64,000 nt of DNA, taken from Spirochaetia bacterium. Its GTDB lineage: Bacteria > Spirochaetota > Spirochaetia > SZUA-6 > Bin103. A program made the translations under genes and the position numbers. Under the pieces are notes generated by a model. The model had not been told where the DNA came from. It saw only the letters and a program-made list of their open reading frames with translations, and ran no database searches. This document shows positions 30,971 to 41,273 of the stretch, piece after piece (the first letter of the stretch is position 1; each line of letters starts with the position of its first letter). The DNA lies in the NCBI GenBank assembly GCA_965203515.1, contig OZ241907.1, forward strand, positions 1,594,129 through 1,658,128, given 5' to 3'.

Positions 30971-32257
30971 ATGACGGCACGAAGCGGGCGGTTCTACTAC
31001 GGATGGGTGATCGTCGCCGCGTTCTTCGTGCTCAATGCCGCCGGCCAGGCCAGCGGCACGCTCAACTTCGGCCTGTTCGTCATCCCGATGGCGGAGGAAC
31101 TCGGCCTCTCCCGACAGGCGATCGGCTGGGCGCAGACCATGCGCCTGTGGGCGAGCGGCGCGAGCGGCGTCCTGATCGGCCGCTGGCTCGACCGCCGCGG
31201 GCCGCGCGGTCCGATGCTGCTGGCGATCGTAGTGGCGACCGCCGGGCTTCTGCTGATGGCCCGCGCGCAGTCGGCGGCGGTGCTGTTTGGCGTGTTGCTG
31301 GCGTTGGGCGTCACCGGCTGGACCGCGCCGGCGGGCGGCGCGCTGATCGCCACGGTGCCGGTCTCCAAGTGGTTCATCCGGCTGCGCGGCCGCGCCACGG
31401 GGATCGTGCAGCTCGGCCTGGGGATCGGCGGCGCGATCTTCGTGCCGGTGACCCAGGCGCTCATCAGCGACGGCGGCTGGCGATCGGCCTGGGTGACGCT
31501 GGCGTGGTTGACGGCCGCCACCCTGCCGCTGGTGCTGCTGCTCCGCCGCCAGCCGAGCGACCTGGGGCTCGAAGCTGACGGCGGCCCGCCGGCGCGGACC
31601 CGGAACGGCGGCGCGGCTCGATCCGCCGTTTCGGACGCGAACGATTCGCCGGAGTCCGGGCACCACTGGACCCTGAGCGAGGCGATGCGCACGGCCGGCA
31701 CGTGGAAGCTGAGCGCCGCGTTCGCGATCCTGGGGTTCCTGCTGGGCGCGGCCAGCGTGCACCGCATTCCGCACTGGATCGAGCTCGGCTTTCACCCGGC
31801 GACCGTGTCGCTGGCGTTCAGCCTGGATGCCGGCACGGCCACCGTCATGGCGCTGGCCGCGGGCTTCGCGGTGGAGCGCCTGGACGCCCGGATCGTGGGG
31901 TTCGTCTCATGCGCGTCGTTCAGCGCGTCGGTAGCGCTGATGGCAGCGGCGCCGGCCTGGACGCCGCTGCTGTTCGTCTCCACGCTGCTGTTTGGCTGCG
32001 GGGTCGGTCTCTACATGGTCGTCCAGGGCGTGATCTGGGCCCAGTACTACGGCTGGCGGTTCGTGGGCGCCATCCGCGGCGTAGTGCTGCCGTTCATCTT
32101 CCTGGCCAGCGGCCTCGGCGCACCGATCGCCGGCGCCCTGCGCGACGCCTCCGGCGACTACCGCAGCTCGTGGCTGCTGGTGACCGCACTCGCGATCGCG
32201 GCGGCGGCGCTGCTGCTGACCACTCGGCCGCCGCGCGCTCCGCGCGCCCGGCCGTGA
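30971..32257 (+). CDS. MFS transporter
   Basis: FYYGWVIV, GRWLDRRGPR motif A, ~12 TM. Confidence 0.92.
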   Translation: MTARSGRFYYGWVIVAAFFVLNAAGQASGTLNFGLFVIPMAEELGLSRQAIGWAQTMRLWASGASGVLIGRWLDRRGPRGPMLLAIVVATAGLLLMARAQSAAVLFGVLLALGVTGWTAPAGGALIATVPVSKWFIRLRGRATGIVQLGLGIGGAIFVPVTQALISDGGWRSAWVTLAWLTAATLPLVLLLRRQPSDLGLEADGGPPARTRNGGAARSAVSDANDSPESGHHWTLSEAMRTAGTWKLSAAFAILGFLLGAASVHRIPHWIELGFHPATVSLAFSLDAGTATVMALAAGFAVERLDARIVGFVSCASFSASVALMAAAPAWTPLLFVSTLLFGCGVGLYMVVQGVIWAQYYGWRFVGAIRGVVLPFIFLASGLGAPIAGALRDASGDYRSSWLLVTALAIAAAALLLTTRPPRAPRARP

Positions 32258-32291
32258 CCGGACCGACCCGGATGGGGATGTTCGCCACAGC

Positions 32292-33571
32292 CTAATCCGC
32301 TGTCTGCGCCGGAATTCTCACCAGAAGCCGCTTGCCCGCCAGCGTCTGGCGCGCCCAGAACAGGTTGTGGTATTGATCGTTGCCCTCCTCCGCCAGTATT
32401 GCCCTGGCGGTCGCGCCGCTGCCCCCTCCGCCCGTAATCGTAACGGCGGGCGGTGACGGGTAACCGCTCCCCCCGTTCGTGACCGTCACCGACGTGACCT
32501 GGGTTTGCAGCACCGCGCTGCCGGTTGCCGTCCGGGGAGAACCACCGCCCGTCGAGGTCTGAAAGGTCACGGTCGGGGCGGACGTGTAGCCGCTCCCGGG
32601 GTTCGTGATCGTCACTCCGGTTACTTTTCGGTGCGCCACCTCCATGCGGGCGGCCGCACCGCTGCCCCCTCCGCCCGAGAACGTAATGGCAGGGGGAGAC
32701 GTGAGGCTGTAGCCGCTCCCCCGGTCCCCCATGTCATAGGCGTAAACTCGACCGTTCTGTATAAGGATCGTTACGGTTGCCTGGGTGCCGCCTGAGCCGG
32801 CCGGCGGAGGGTCGATCGTCGCGGTTGGGGGAGAAGTGTAACCGCTCCCCAGGTTCGAGAAAATCGGTCTGACTACTTCGACTGTCATCGTCGTCGTTCC
32901 GGTCGCCGTGGTGCCGCCGGACGGCGCCGCCCCGAACGTCACGGATGGGCAACACCCGGAGTAATAATAGCCGCGTTCCGACCCCATCTGCACTCGCGCC
33001 ACGCCGCCGGGCCCCACCGCGGCGCCTGTTGCCGCGGTGCCGCCTGCCGGCGGCGCCGCGATCGTCACGGTGGGAACCGAGGTGTAGCCGCTCCCCCCGT
33101 TCGTGAGCCTCACCGACTCCACGAAGCCCAGGTTTTCGGTCTGATCCGGAGCGGTGAGCACCAGCGTCACCGCGCCCGCCCGAACCTCGGCGGCAACCGA
33201 CCACTCCGCGCCGGAGATGTCGGACGCGAAGACCGGCTCCGTACTCGTGCTCGTGAACGGCAGATCGTGTCCGTCGATCGAAACGTTCACTTCGGCGCCG
33301 GCGGTGATCGGCTCCCAGGCATACGTGGAACGGTTGGACACTTCGCCCACCAGATTCAGTTCATCATTACCAAAGTCCGCCGCGCTGATCGTCCAGCTCC
33401 TCTCTGCCGGTTGCGGAGTTGGCGTCGGCTCACTCGGTGGCTGCCCCCCCCCCCCCCCCCCCCTTGGGCCGGGTCGGTGGTTGTGGCGGGCGTGCGCGCC
33501 GCCGGCGCGCACGCCATCAGGGAGGCGACAGCGACGGCCAGCAACAGCGACAACCTCAAGTCTCTACCCAC
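32292..33571 (-). CDS. Lipoprotein with 6 GSGYTS-type repeats (paralog 2), frameshifted at a poly-G tract
   Basis: RBS GGAGGAGG, GTG 33571, signal peptide ending LMA-C in one frame (ORF 33356-33640); the body is in another frame (ORF 32292-33512). The span of 1280 nt is 1 nt short of in-frame, with the shift at G20. Confidence 0.82.
33444..33463. repeat. C20 (sense G20) homopolymer in the coding linker of paralog 2; out of frame
   Basis: CAA-G20-CAG; G21 or G18 would restore the frame. Confidence 0.9.
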
Positions 33572-33612
33572 GATCTCCTCCTCCCCGGTCGGCTCCGACG
33601 CCGAGCGGAGCC

Positions 33613-33640
33613 ATGGTAGCACGCGATCCCAAGCTGACAA
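33613..33640 (-). promoter_or_regulatory. Putative promoter of paralog 2
   Basis: TTGTCA, 16-nt spacer, TG-c-TACCAT (extended -10). Confidence 0.5.
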
Positions 33641-33789
33641 CCCCGGCGGCGGTCAAGCGTTAAGGTCTGACGGCGCAACGGCAGCGCCGCATCGACATCC
33701 GGACCGCCCGGGCCGCTGGTGCCGAGCGGACTTCGGCGGCGAAGACGCAGGCGGACTCGTCGCGGCGCACTTCGGCAGCGAAGGCGGCA

Positions 33790-34578
33790 CTACGCGCCGG
33801 ACGCCGGCGGATGCCGGAGCGCGCCGACGACGTAGTCCTTGGGGGAGAGCTCCTCGAACGGCTCCTTCTGGTTGGGCGCCTGGCCGATGCTCACCATCCG
33901 GTCGTTGCCGCCGAACGCGCACCAGCGCACGCCGTTGGCCAGCACGCGCAGCACCTGCGGATGGTGAAAGATCGGATAGGTCTCGTGACCCGGCCGGAAG
34001 TAGAAGACGCGGCCCCGGCCGCGGTGCCACACCGCGCCGCTGCGGAACACCTCGCCTCCCTCGAACCAGCTCACGAACAACAGCTCGTCCGGGTCGGGGA
34101 TGTCGAAGAACTCGCCGTACATCTCCGCGTTGGGGATCTCGATGAAGCGCCCGCAGCCCTGCGTGATCGGGTGGTTCGGGCTCACCACCCACAGCCGCTC
34201 GCGCTCGGCCGCCTCGCGCCACGTCAGGCCGCAGCTCGTGCCCATCAGGCGCTTGAATATCTTCGAGAAGTGGCCGGAGTGGAGCACCACCAGCCCCATG
34301 CCGTGCAGGACGCGATCCTGCACGCGGTCGACGATGTCGTCGCGCACCTTGTCGTGGGCGGCGTGGCCCCACCACATGAGCACGTCGGTGGCGTCGAGCA
34401 CCTCCGCGGTCAGTCCGTGATCGGGCTGGTCGAGCGTGGCGGTGCGAACCTCCAGCCCTTCCTGCGCGCGCAGGTGACCGGCGATCTGCTCGTGAATGCC
34501 TTCGGGGTAGATGCCGCGGACGAACTCGTTGCTCCGTTCGTGGACGAACTCGTTCCAGACGGTGACGCGTAGGGGCAT
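33790..34578 (-). CDS. ThuA-like (trehalose utilisation) protein
   Basis: [45 protein letters not shown]. Confidence 0.93.
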   Translation of the reverse strand: MPLRVTVWNEFVHERSNEFVRGIYPEGIHEQIAGHLRAQEGLEVRTATLDQPDHGLTAEVLDATDVLMWWGHAAHDKVRDDIVDRVQDRVLHGMGLVVLHSGHFSKIFKRLMGTSCGLTWREAAERERLWVVSPNHPITQGCGRFIEIPNAEMYGEFFDIPDPDELLFVSWFEGGEVFRSGAVWHRGRGRVFYFRPGHETYPIFHHPQVLRVLANGVRWCAFGGNDRMVSIGQAPNQKEPFEELSPKDYVVGALRHPPASGA

Positions 34579-34654
34579 GACTCGGATTCCTCCTGGTACG
34601 GCTGCCCGCAGACCGGCGGCCATGCGGGGCAGAACCCGTGCCGACTCTACCCGA

Positions 34655-36151
34655 TCATCCGGCCGCCTGCCGTTCCCACTTGGGCGCCTCGTCCGGAGTC
34701 GGCGAGTTGGCGAAGGTGCCGCGGGCGATCACCGCCTCGCGGCCGCCGAAGTCCGCGACCTTGCGCCGCTGGTCGGCATGGGCGCGCGCGTCGGCCTGGT
34801 CCGGATCGACGATGGCGCGCAGGCGCCGCTCGAACCCGCGCACGGTCGCGGCGTGCTCGGGTCGCCCGGCCAGATCCTCGACCTCGCCCGGGTCGGCGGC
34901 CAAGTCGAAGAGCTGCGGCCTCATACCGACGTAGTGGACGTACTTGTAGCGCGCGTCGCGCAGCAGGTAGACGGCGCGGCGAAAGCCGACCGCGTGGTGC
35001 TCGCCGAACACGGTGCGGTCGCGGTCGCCGGCTGCGGCCAGGGCGAGCAGGTCGTCGCCCGGCACCGGCGCGGCCGACTCGTCCGGGAGCGGGCAGCCGG
35101 TCGCGCGCAGCACCGTGGGAAAGCAGTCGACCAGGCTCACCGGGGTGGCGACGGTACGGCCGGCCGGCACGCCGGGGCCGGCCATGATCAGCGGCACGGC
35201 GGCCGACTCGTCGTACATGGTCAGCTTGCCGGCGAGGCCGCGCGCGCCCATCGACTCGCCGTGATCGGAGGTATAGATGACGCGCGTGCGGTCGCGGAGC
35301 CGGCAGGCGTCGAGCGCGGCGAGCACGCGGCCGATCTGCTCGTCCAGATGGGTGCAGGCCGCCAGGTACGCCCGCCGGTAGATCGAAAGCCGCTCGGCGG
35401 AGAGCGGCTCGCTTAGGTTGAGCAGGTCGCGCAGCTCCGCCAGCGCGGGATGGTCGGGCCGGTCGGCCGGCCGCTCCTGCGGCATCGCCCGGATCGCGCC
35501 CGGGTCATAGCGTTCGAAGTGGCGCGGCGGACCGATATACGGCGGATGCGGGCAGACGAACCCCACGAACAGCGCCCACGGCCGCCGGTCGCCGGCGTGG
35601 GCGCGCAGCCATTCGACGGCGTGGTCGGCGTTGCGGACGTCGTAGGCCAAGTAGCTCGAATCCCCGCAGCCGGCCTCCAGGACGCCGGCGCGCACGTCGC
35701 GGGCGGGCGGGTCCGAGCGCAGGCAGCCGAGCAGGTCGCCCACCCCGTCGACCACGTGCAGCGGCTCGATCTCCTGCGCGAAGCCGTTGTCGTCGCCGCC
35801 CCGGAAGTGGAGCTTGCCGATCGAGTCGCAGATCAGGCCGTGCCGGCGCAGGTGGTGGCCCCAGCTCGGCACGCGGCCGTCATACGGATGGGCGTTGTCC
35901 CAGTAGCCGACGTCGTGCACGTAGCGGCCGGTGGCGAGCGAGGCGCGCGCCGGTACGCACAGCGGGCAGTTGGTGTAGGCGGCGGAGAAGCGGGCGCCGC
36001 CGGCGGCCAGGCGGTCCAGGTTGGGCGTGATGCCGTCGCCGCCGTAGCAGCCGAGGCCGCGCCGGTTGTGCTGATCGGAGAGGATGAACAGCAGGTTGGC
36101 GGGCGGGAGGGAGTGGGATTCCGACACCGAGGATGACGCTGAGAAGGACAC
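34655..36151 (-). CDS. Sulfatase (choline-sulfatase-like)
   Basis: [34 protein letters not shown]. Start approximate. Confidence 0.93.
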   Translation of the reverse strand: MSFSASSSVSESHSLPPANLLFILSDQHNRRGLGCYGGDGITPNLDRLAAGGARFSAAYTNCPLCVPARASLATGRYVHDVGYWDNAHPYDGRVPSWGHHLRRHGLICDSIGKLHFRGGDDNGFAQEIEPLHVVDGVGDLLGCLRSDPPARDVRAGVLEAGCGDSSYLAYDVRNADHAVEWLRAHAGDRRPWALFVGFVCPHPPYIGPPRHFERYDPGAIRAMPQERPADRPDHPALAELRDLLNLSEPLSAERLSIYRRAYLAACTHLDEQIGRVLAALDACRLRDRTRVIYTSDHGESMGARGLAGKLTMYDESAAVPLIMAGPGVPAGRTVATPVSLVDCFPTVLRATGCPLPDESAAPVPGDDLLALAAAGDRDRTVFGEHHAVGFRRAVYLLRDARYKYVHYVGMRPQLFDLAADPGEVEDLAGRPEHAATVRGFERRLRAIVDPDQADARAHADQRRKVADFGGREAVIARGTFANSPTPDEAPKWERQAAG

Positions 36152-36188
36152 TGAGAAGATCGCGCTCAGCCGTTACTATACCGCCTCG

Positions 36189-38078
36189 ATGGCCTCCACG
36201 AACCGAACCGTGCAGATCCGCGGTGATCTGGCGCGGCGATACGACGACGTCTATACCGCCGCGGCGCTCGACGCGATCACGGCGCTGGCGGAACTCAACG
36301 AACCACGCCTCGACCTGATGCGCCGGCGCATCGACCGCCGCGCCGAACGGGCGCGCGAGCGGCGCCGCATCGACTTCCTCCCCCCGGACGCGACGATCGC
36401 CGGCACGGGGCTCACCGCGGCCGACGCCCGCGCCGGGCGGTTCACCGGCAGCGCGATTCCCGGCGACCTGCAGCGGCAGTGGATCCAGGGGACCGGGCCG
36501 GGCGCCAAGCCCGACGCGCCGTTGCCGCGCAGCATCCGCAACGTCGCCTACGCCCTGCTGTCCGGCGCCGACGGCTGGATGTTCGACGGCGAGGACGCCC
36601 TGGGGCAGGTGACGACGATGTCGCTCGACAACCAGCGCAACCTCCGCCTGGGCATCGCGCGCGCGCCCCAGTTCCTGGCCGCCGCCGAGGGGGTCGCCGT
36701 GGAGATGAACGCCTGGGCGCGCGCCTTCCTGAAGCGGCCGATCATCGACGACTGGCGCGCGCAGCTCGACCGCACCACGACGATCTTCCGCGCGCGCGGC
36801 CTGCACCTCGACGACCGCCACGTGCGCATGGCGGACGGCGCCGGCCTGTCCGCCTCGATCGTCGACGCCGCCCTGTACGTGACGGCCAACCAGGCGGCGT
36901 TGCGCGCGCGCGGCGCCTCGGTCGTGCTCTACCTGCCCAAGATCCAGACCGCGGCGGAGGCGGCCTTCTGGCACCGGCTGCTCGCCGCGCTGGAGGGCCA
37001 TCTGGGGCTGGCGGCCGGCACGGTGAAGACCTACGTCCTGGTCGAGCAGCTCGAAGCCTCGTTTCAGCTCATGGAGATCCGCGCCGCGCTCGGCGCCCGC
37101 TTCGTGGGCTTCAACACCGGCCGCTGGGACTACATCAACAGCGTCGCCGACGCGATGGCGTGGGACGACCGGTTCGTGAACCCCAACATCGACGCGATCA
37201 CCATGACCTACGGCTACATGCACGCCTACGAGGACCGCGTGCGGCGCGCCGTGAACACCCCCGACGCGGCGGGCCGCTGCGCCCTCTGGCAAGGGGGCAT
37301 GGAGCCGAACATCCCGGTCGGCTCGGCAGCCGGCGTCGCGGCGTCGATGGCCAAGGCGGTGGCCGGCGCGGAACGGGAGCAGCAGGCGGGCGCCAGCGGC
37401 AAGTGGGTCGCCCACTGGAAGATGGTGCACGTCGTGCGACCGGTCTGGGAGCGTGTCGGGGAGGTCAATCAGCTCGGCCGGCGGTTCCCGCCGCTCACCC
37501 ATTCCGCCGCGGACGCGGACCGGCTGCTGGAGCTGGAGCCGGCGCCGCGCACGATCCGCGGCGCGCGCGACCTGCTGAGCGTCGCCCTGCAGTACGGCAA
37601 CGCCTTCGGCCAGGGCATGCAGGCGGCGGCGCTCAAGCCGGCCGATCACTTCGGCGATGACGACGTGCTGTACCTGATGGAGGACATGGCCACCGGCGAG
37701 ATCCGTTTGAGCATCCTGTGGGAGTGGCTGCACAAGGAGGCGGCGCTGACCGACGCCGACCCGGAACTGGGCGTCGCCGCCGGCGCGCGCTTCGACGCGG
37801 GGCTGTTCGCGCGGCTGCTGGACGAGGAGTACGCGAAGCTGCTGGTGGCGGCCGACCGCGACGTGCATGAGGACTCGAAGACGACCACGCTGCCGATCGC
37901 GCGGGAGATCGCCGGCGTCTACGTCGCCAGTCCGGTCAAGGCGCCGTGGTACATCGACCTGCTCAACCTGAACCTGAACAACCACGATCTCGACGAGGCG
38001 CGCAAGCGCATCCGGCGCTACGTCGAGGAGTTCTCGCGCGACGGCACCCGTATCACCGAGAACCTCGACTTCTCCTGA
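36189..38078 (+). CDS. aceB: Malate synthase
   Basis: WMFDGEDA, YLPK, GFNTGRWDYI, GGM, GKWVAH, LMEDMATGEI. Confidence 0.9.
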   Translation: MASTNRTVQIRGDLARRYDDVYTAAALDAITALAELNEPRLDLMRRRIDRRAERARERRRIDFLPPDATIAGTGLTAADARAGRFTGSAIPGDLQRQWIQGTGPGAKPDAPLPRSIRNVAYALLSGADGWMFDGEDALGQVTTMSLDNQRNLRLGIARAPQFLAAAEGVAVEMNAWARAFLKRPIIDDWRAQLDRTTTIFRARGLHLDDRHVRMADGAGLSASIVDAALYVTANQAALRARGASVVLYLPKIQTAAEAAFWHRLLAALEGHLGLAAGTVKTYVLVEQLEASFQLMEIRAALGARFVGFNTGRWDYINSVADAMAWDDRFVNPNIDAITMTYGYMHAYEDRVRRAVNTPDAAGRCALWQGGMEPNIPVGSAAGVAASMAKAVAGAEREQQAGASGKWVAHWKMVHVVRPVWERVGEVNQLGRRFPPLTHSAADADRLLELEPAPRTIRGARDLLSVALQYGNAFGQGMQAAALKPADHFGDDDVLYLMEDMATGEIRLSILWEWLHKEAALTDADPELGVAAGARFDAGLFARLLDEEYAKLLVAADRDVHEDSKTTTLPIAREIAGVYVASPVKAPWYIDLLNLNLNNHDLDEARKRIRRYVEEFSRDGTRITENLDFS

Positions 38079-38137
38079 TCGGTCGCGGTCATGGGGCCGC
38101 GTGAAGCGCTGCGGACGCGCAGCCGGTATTAGTGTAG

Positions 38138-38884
38138 ATGGAACGTCACGATGACTTCGACGGCGTCACCGGCGCCGCCGGCCCGACCCTCACGATACGC
38201 GACCTGCCGGTGCAGGAACGGCCGCGGGAGCGGCTGCGTCTGGCCGGCGCCGGTCAGCTCTCCAACCCCGAGCTGCTCGCCATCCTGCTGCGCACCGGCG
38301 TCACGGGACAGAACGTCATGCAGCTCTCCGCGCGCATGCTTTCCGAATTCGACGGTCTGGCCGGCCTTGCCCGAGCGTCGTTCGCGGAGCTCTGCAGGCT
38401 GGACGGGGTGAGCCAGGCGAAGGCGTGCCAGGTGCTGGCGGCGCTGGAGATGGGCCGGCGCGCGGCCGGCCCCACGACCGCCGACCGGCCGGCGATCAGG
38501 GAGCCGGATGACGTCTATCATCTGCTCCGGCCGCAGATGGCGCATCTGGAACAGGAGCAGCTCCGCATCCTGCTGCTGAACACGAAGCATGAAGTGCTGC
38601 TCGTTCGCGAGCTCTACCGGGGGACGGTGTGCGCGGCGTCCGTCCGCGTCGCGGAGGTGCTGCGGCCCGCCATCAGGGAGAACAGCCCCAACTTCATCAT
38701 GGTCCACAATCATCCGTCCGGCGACCCTACCCCCAGCCCGGAAGACATCTCCGTCACCCGCCGCATCCGCAAGAGCGCGGAGCTGCTCGATATCGAGCTC
38801 CTGGACCACGTCGTGATCGGTACGCGCGGCTTCGTCAGCATGAAGCAGCGCGGGATGGGCTTCGACGGCGCCGGCACCTTGTGA
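38138..38884 (+). CDS. radC: RadC (JAB domain) protein
   Basis: ERPRERL, ELLAILLRTG, HNHPSGDPTPSPED, LLDHVVI. Confidence 0.95.
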   Translation: MERHDDFDGVTGAAGPTLTIRDLPVQERPRERLRLAGAGQLSNPELLAILLRTGVTGQNVMQLSARMLSEFDGLAGLARASFAELCRLDGVSQAKACQVLAALEMGRRAAGPTTADRPAIREPDDVYHLLRPQMAHLEQEQLRILLLNTKHEVLLVRELYRGTVCAASVRVAEVLRPAIRENSPNFIMVHNHPSGDPTPSPEDISVTRRIRKSAELLDIELLDHVVIGTRGFVSMKQRGMGFDGAGTL

Positions 38885-39396
38885 CGCCGCTGCTGCGGGG
38901 GCTGGTGCCGATCCTGCCCGGCGGCCCGCTGCTCGCTCTGGTGCTCGGTTCCTTTCCGAGCGCCGCCTCCCTGGCGTCAGGGCAGTACTACGCGCACCCG
39001 CAGAACCGGTTCTGGCGGGTGCTGGCGCACTGCGGCGTGGTCGACGACCCGGATGCCCCGTACGCGAAGCGGGTCGCCGCGGTGCGTTGCGGCGGCCTGG
39101 CGATCTGGGACCTGTACGCGCGCGTGCGGCGGCAGGGCTCCGGCGACGACCGCATCCGGGATGCGGAGCCCAACGCGCTGGGACCGCTGCTGGCCGGGCG
39201 GGGTCCGTTCCCGATCCTGCTCAACGGCCGCCGCTCGCGGGAATGGCGGCGGCACTTCGGCGCTCTGCATGCCGAAGTGACCGAGCTGCCGTCGACCAGC
39301 CCCCGGCCGCTCCACTGGAACACGCCGGCATCGCGTCGGGCGGCCCTTGGCGAATGGTGCGCCGCGCTTCGATCGGCCGGGATCCCGAGCCGTTAG
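38881..39396 (+). CDS. Uracil-DNA glycosylase superfamily protein (hypoxanthine-DNA glycosylase-like)
   Basis: LVLGSFPS..S...QYYAHPQNRFW, IWD, LPSTSP. Confidence 0.88.
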   Translation: MTPLLRGLVPILPGGPLLALVLGSFPSAASLASGQYYAHPQNRFWRVLAHCGVVDDPDAPYAKRVAAVRCGGLAIWDLYARVRRQGSGDDRIRDAEPNALGPLLAGRGPFPILLNGRRSREWRRHFGALHAEVTELPSTSPRPLHWNTPASRRAALGEWCAALRSAGIPSR

Positions 39397-39420
39397 CCCG
39401 ACCGATCTCCGGGCGTGTCG

Positions 39421-39800
39421 TCAGGTTCCGTCTCCCTCTGCCGCCGCCTCGCCGTTGGGTTGGCTCTTGATCTGCCGGTACTCCTGCTCGCCGATCCCGA
39501 TCGCCCGCTCGATCACCGACCAGTCGACGCCAGTCCGCAGGAGACCGTCGATCGTCTCCAACCGCCCCTCGCGCTGACCTTCCAGCCGGCCTTCGCTCCG
39601 GCCCTCGCGGTGCCGCTGTTCGGCAATTGCGCGCATCTCGTTACGCATCTGGTCGCGCATCTGGTCGCGCCCTTCCTGGCGCAGCCGCTCGCCGCTCGTC
39701 ATCAACTCCCCTCCTGCCGCCGTGCGGCTCAGTAGCTCGCCCATCTCCTCGGGCGTGTCATCAGGTCCCGTCTCCAGGATATACCGCACGAACCGCGGTG
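39421..39800 (-). pseudogene. C-terminal remnant of an rpn gene; intact small ORF 39421-39702
   Basis: RYILE..GGELMTSGERLRQEGR..EGRSEGRLEGQREGR..GVDWSVIERAIG; RBS GGAGGGGAG before ATG 39702. Confidence 0.75.
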
Positions 39801-39839
39801 ACGATGTGCGCCTCGACGACGTGGCCGCGTCGCGGCCCG

Positions 39840-40277
39840 TCACGCGGAGCCGCCGGCCGCCGGGAGCTTTCCCGCTCGCTCCAGCAGCTCGCTCAGCACG
39901 TCCAGATCGACGTCGGCGAGCTTGCGAAAGCTGATGCTGCTCTTGCCGACCTTGGCCTTGCCCAGCCGGCCGGCGTACGCCTCCGCTAGGTAGCGCCGGC
40001 CGTCGGCCGCGTTGACGTAGACGCTGTAGTAGTTCTTCTGGCGCGCCAGGCCGACCAGGAACCAGCGCACTTCCTGCTTGTCGGAGCGCACGTACGACAG
40101 GTCGCCGTAGCCGATGATCCGCTGCTCGCTGCCGCCCCAGAAGACGCCCTCCCACAGAGAGCGAGCATGCCCCGGCAGCGCCGCCGTGATCCGTTCGTCG
40201 AGCGCCGCCATGTCGGCGCCCACCGCCGCCGGCAGCGAAGCGATGTACCGGTCCGGCGACGTCGATGTCCGTTCCAT
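39840..40277 (-). CDS. DUF1801-like protein
   Basis: IIGYGD..Y, WFLVGLARQKNYYSVY, GKSSISFRKL. Confidence 0.85.
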   Translation of the reverse strand: MERTSTSPDRYIASLPAAVGADMAALDERITAALPGHARSLWEGVFWGGSEQRIIGYGDLSYVRSDKQEVRWFLVGLARQKNYYSVYVNAADGRRYLAEAYAGRLGKAKVGKSSISFRKLADVDLDVLSELLERAGKLPAAGGSA

Positions 40278-40354
40278 GGCGTCCAGTCTACCCCGCCGCC
40301 GGCGCCCGCACCGGGGCGGTTCCGTCACCTGCCGTTTTCGGGCACGGTATCCCG

Positions 40355-41254
40355 ATGAGCGAAGACAGACTGCGCATCGCCCCGCGGGGGTTCACCGACG
40401 GCCAGTGGCGGGAGTTCCGGGAGCGGGGCCTGATCAGGATCGAGAACGCGCTGTCCCCGGAGGAGATCGACCAGTACCTGGCGGCCGTCGATCGGGTGGC
40501 GGCGGCGGAACCGAGCTACCGGCCGGGGCGATCGCTGCGGCTCGACAACGCGGTCGAGCTCGACCCCGCGATCGCCGGGCTGATCGACCACGACCGGCAC
40601 GTCGGGTACGTGTACGACGTCTTCGGCGAGATGCTGAAGCTGCTCCGCAGCGACGTGCGCATCCGCGCGCGCGGCACCGATCGCAATGCCTGGCACCCGG
40701 ACAGCCCGCGCGCGCTCCCCTATCAGGTCTTCTCGCCCGAGCTGCCGTTGCGCATGAGCGTCGGCTATTGGCTCACCGACCTGCCCGCTCCGCGCATGGG
40801 CAACTTCGTGTACGTGCCGGGCAGCCACCGCTGGCAGCGCCTGGAGCAGTACCACACCCACGACAGCGCGCCGGGCGAGGAGATCCTGTGCGTCAAGGCC
40901 GGCACGCTGACCGTCTACGACGGCAACCTGTGGCATCGGGTCGAGCCGAACGAGACCGACGTGGAGCGCAAGAACTTCTTCCTTTCGTATTGCCCGAGCT
41001 GGGTGACCGCCGGCGATCACTACTTCTCCGACGACGACTGGCTGGCTACGCTCGACCGCGAGCAGCGCATCATCATGCGCAGCTATCGCCACCCGCACGG
41101 CCTGACCAACCCGGACGCGACCGATTTTCCGCTGTTCCTGGACCGCGAAAGCGGCGCCGACAGCGATCCCGACGCGCAACCGCACGTGCCGCTCCGCATC
41201 CGCAAGCGGACCACCGCGGCCGAGAAGCGGCTCGCCGCCGCCGGCCGCGCCTGA
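40355..41254 (+). CDS. Phytanoyl-CoA dioxygenase (PhyH) family protein
   Basis: WHPD, YWLTD, YVPGSH, LWH. Confidence 0.9.
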   Translation: MSEDRLRIAPRGFTDGQWREFRERGLIRIENALSPEEIDQYLAAVDRVAAAEPSYRPGRSLRLDNAVELDPAIAGLIDHDRHVGYVYDVFGEMLKLLRSDVRIRARGTDRNAWHPDSPRALPYQVFSPELPLRMSVGYWLTDLPAPRMGNFVYVPGSHRWQRLEQYHTHDSAPGEEILCVKAGTLTVYDGNLWHRVEPNETDVERKNFFLSYCPSWVTAGDHYFSDDDWLATLDREQRIIMRSYRHPHGLTNPDATDFPLFLDRESGADSDPDAQPHVPLRIRKRTTAAEKRLAAAGRA

Positions 41255-41273
41255 CCGCCGGCGCGCAGGGCGT

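Noticed and set aside
33716-33789. Short direct repeat acttcggc.gcgaag and GC-rich stems as an ncRNA or riboswitch
   Set aside because: Only two short copies, no recognisable family motif; could be chance at high GC.
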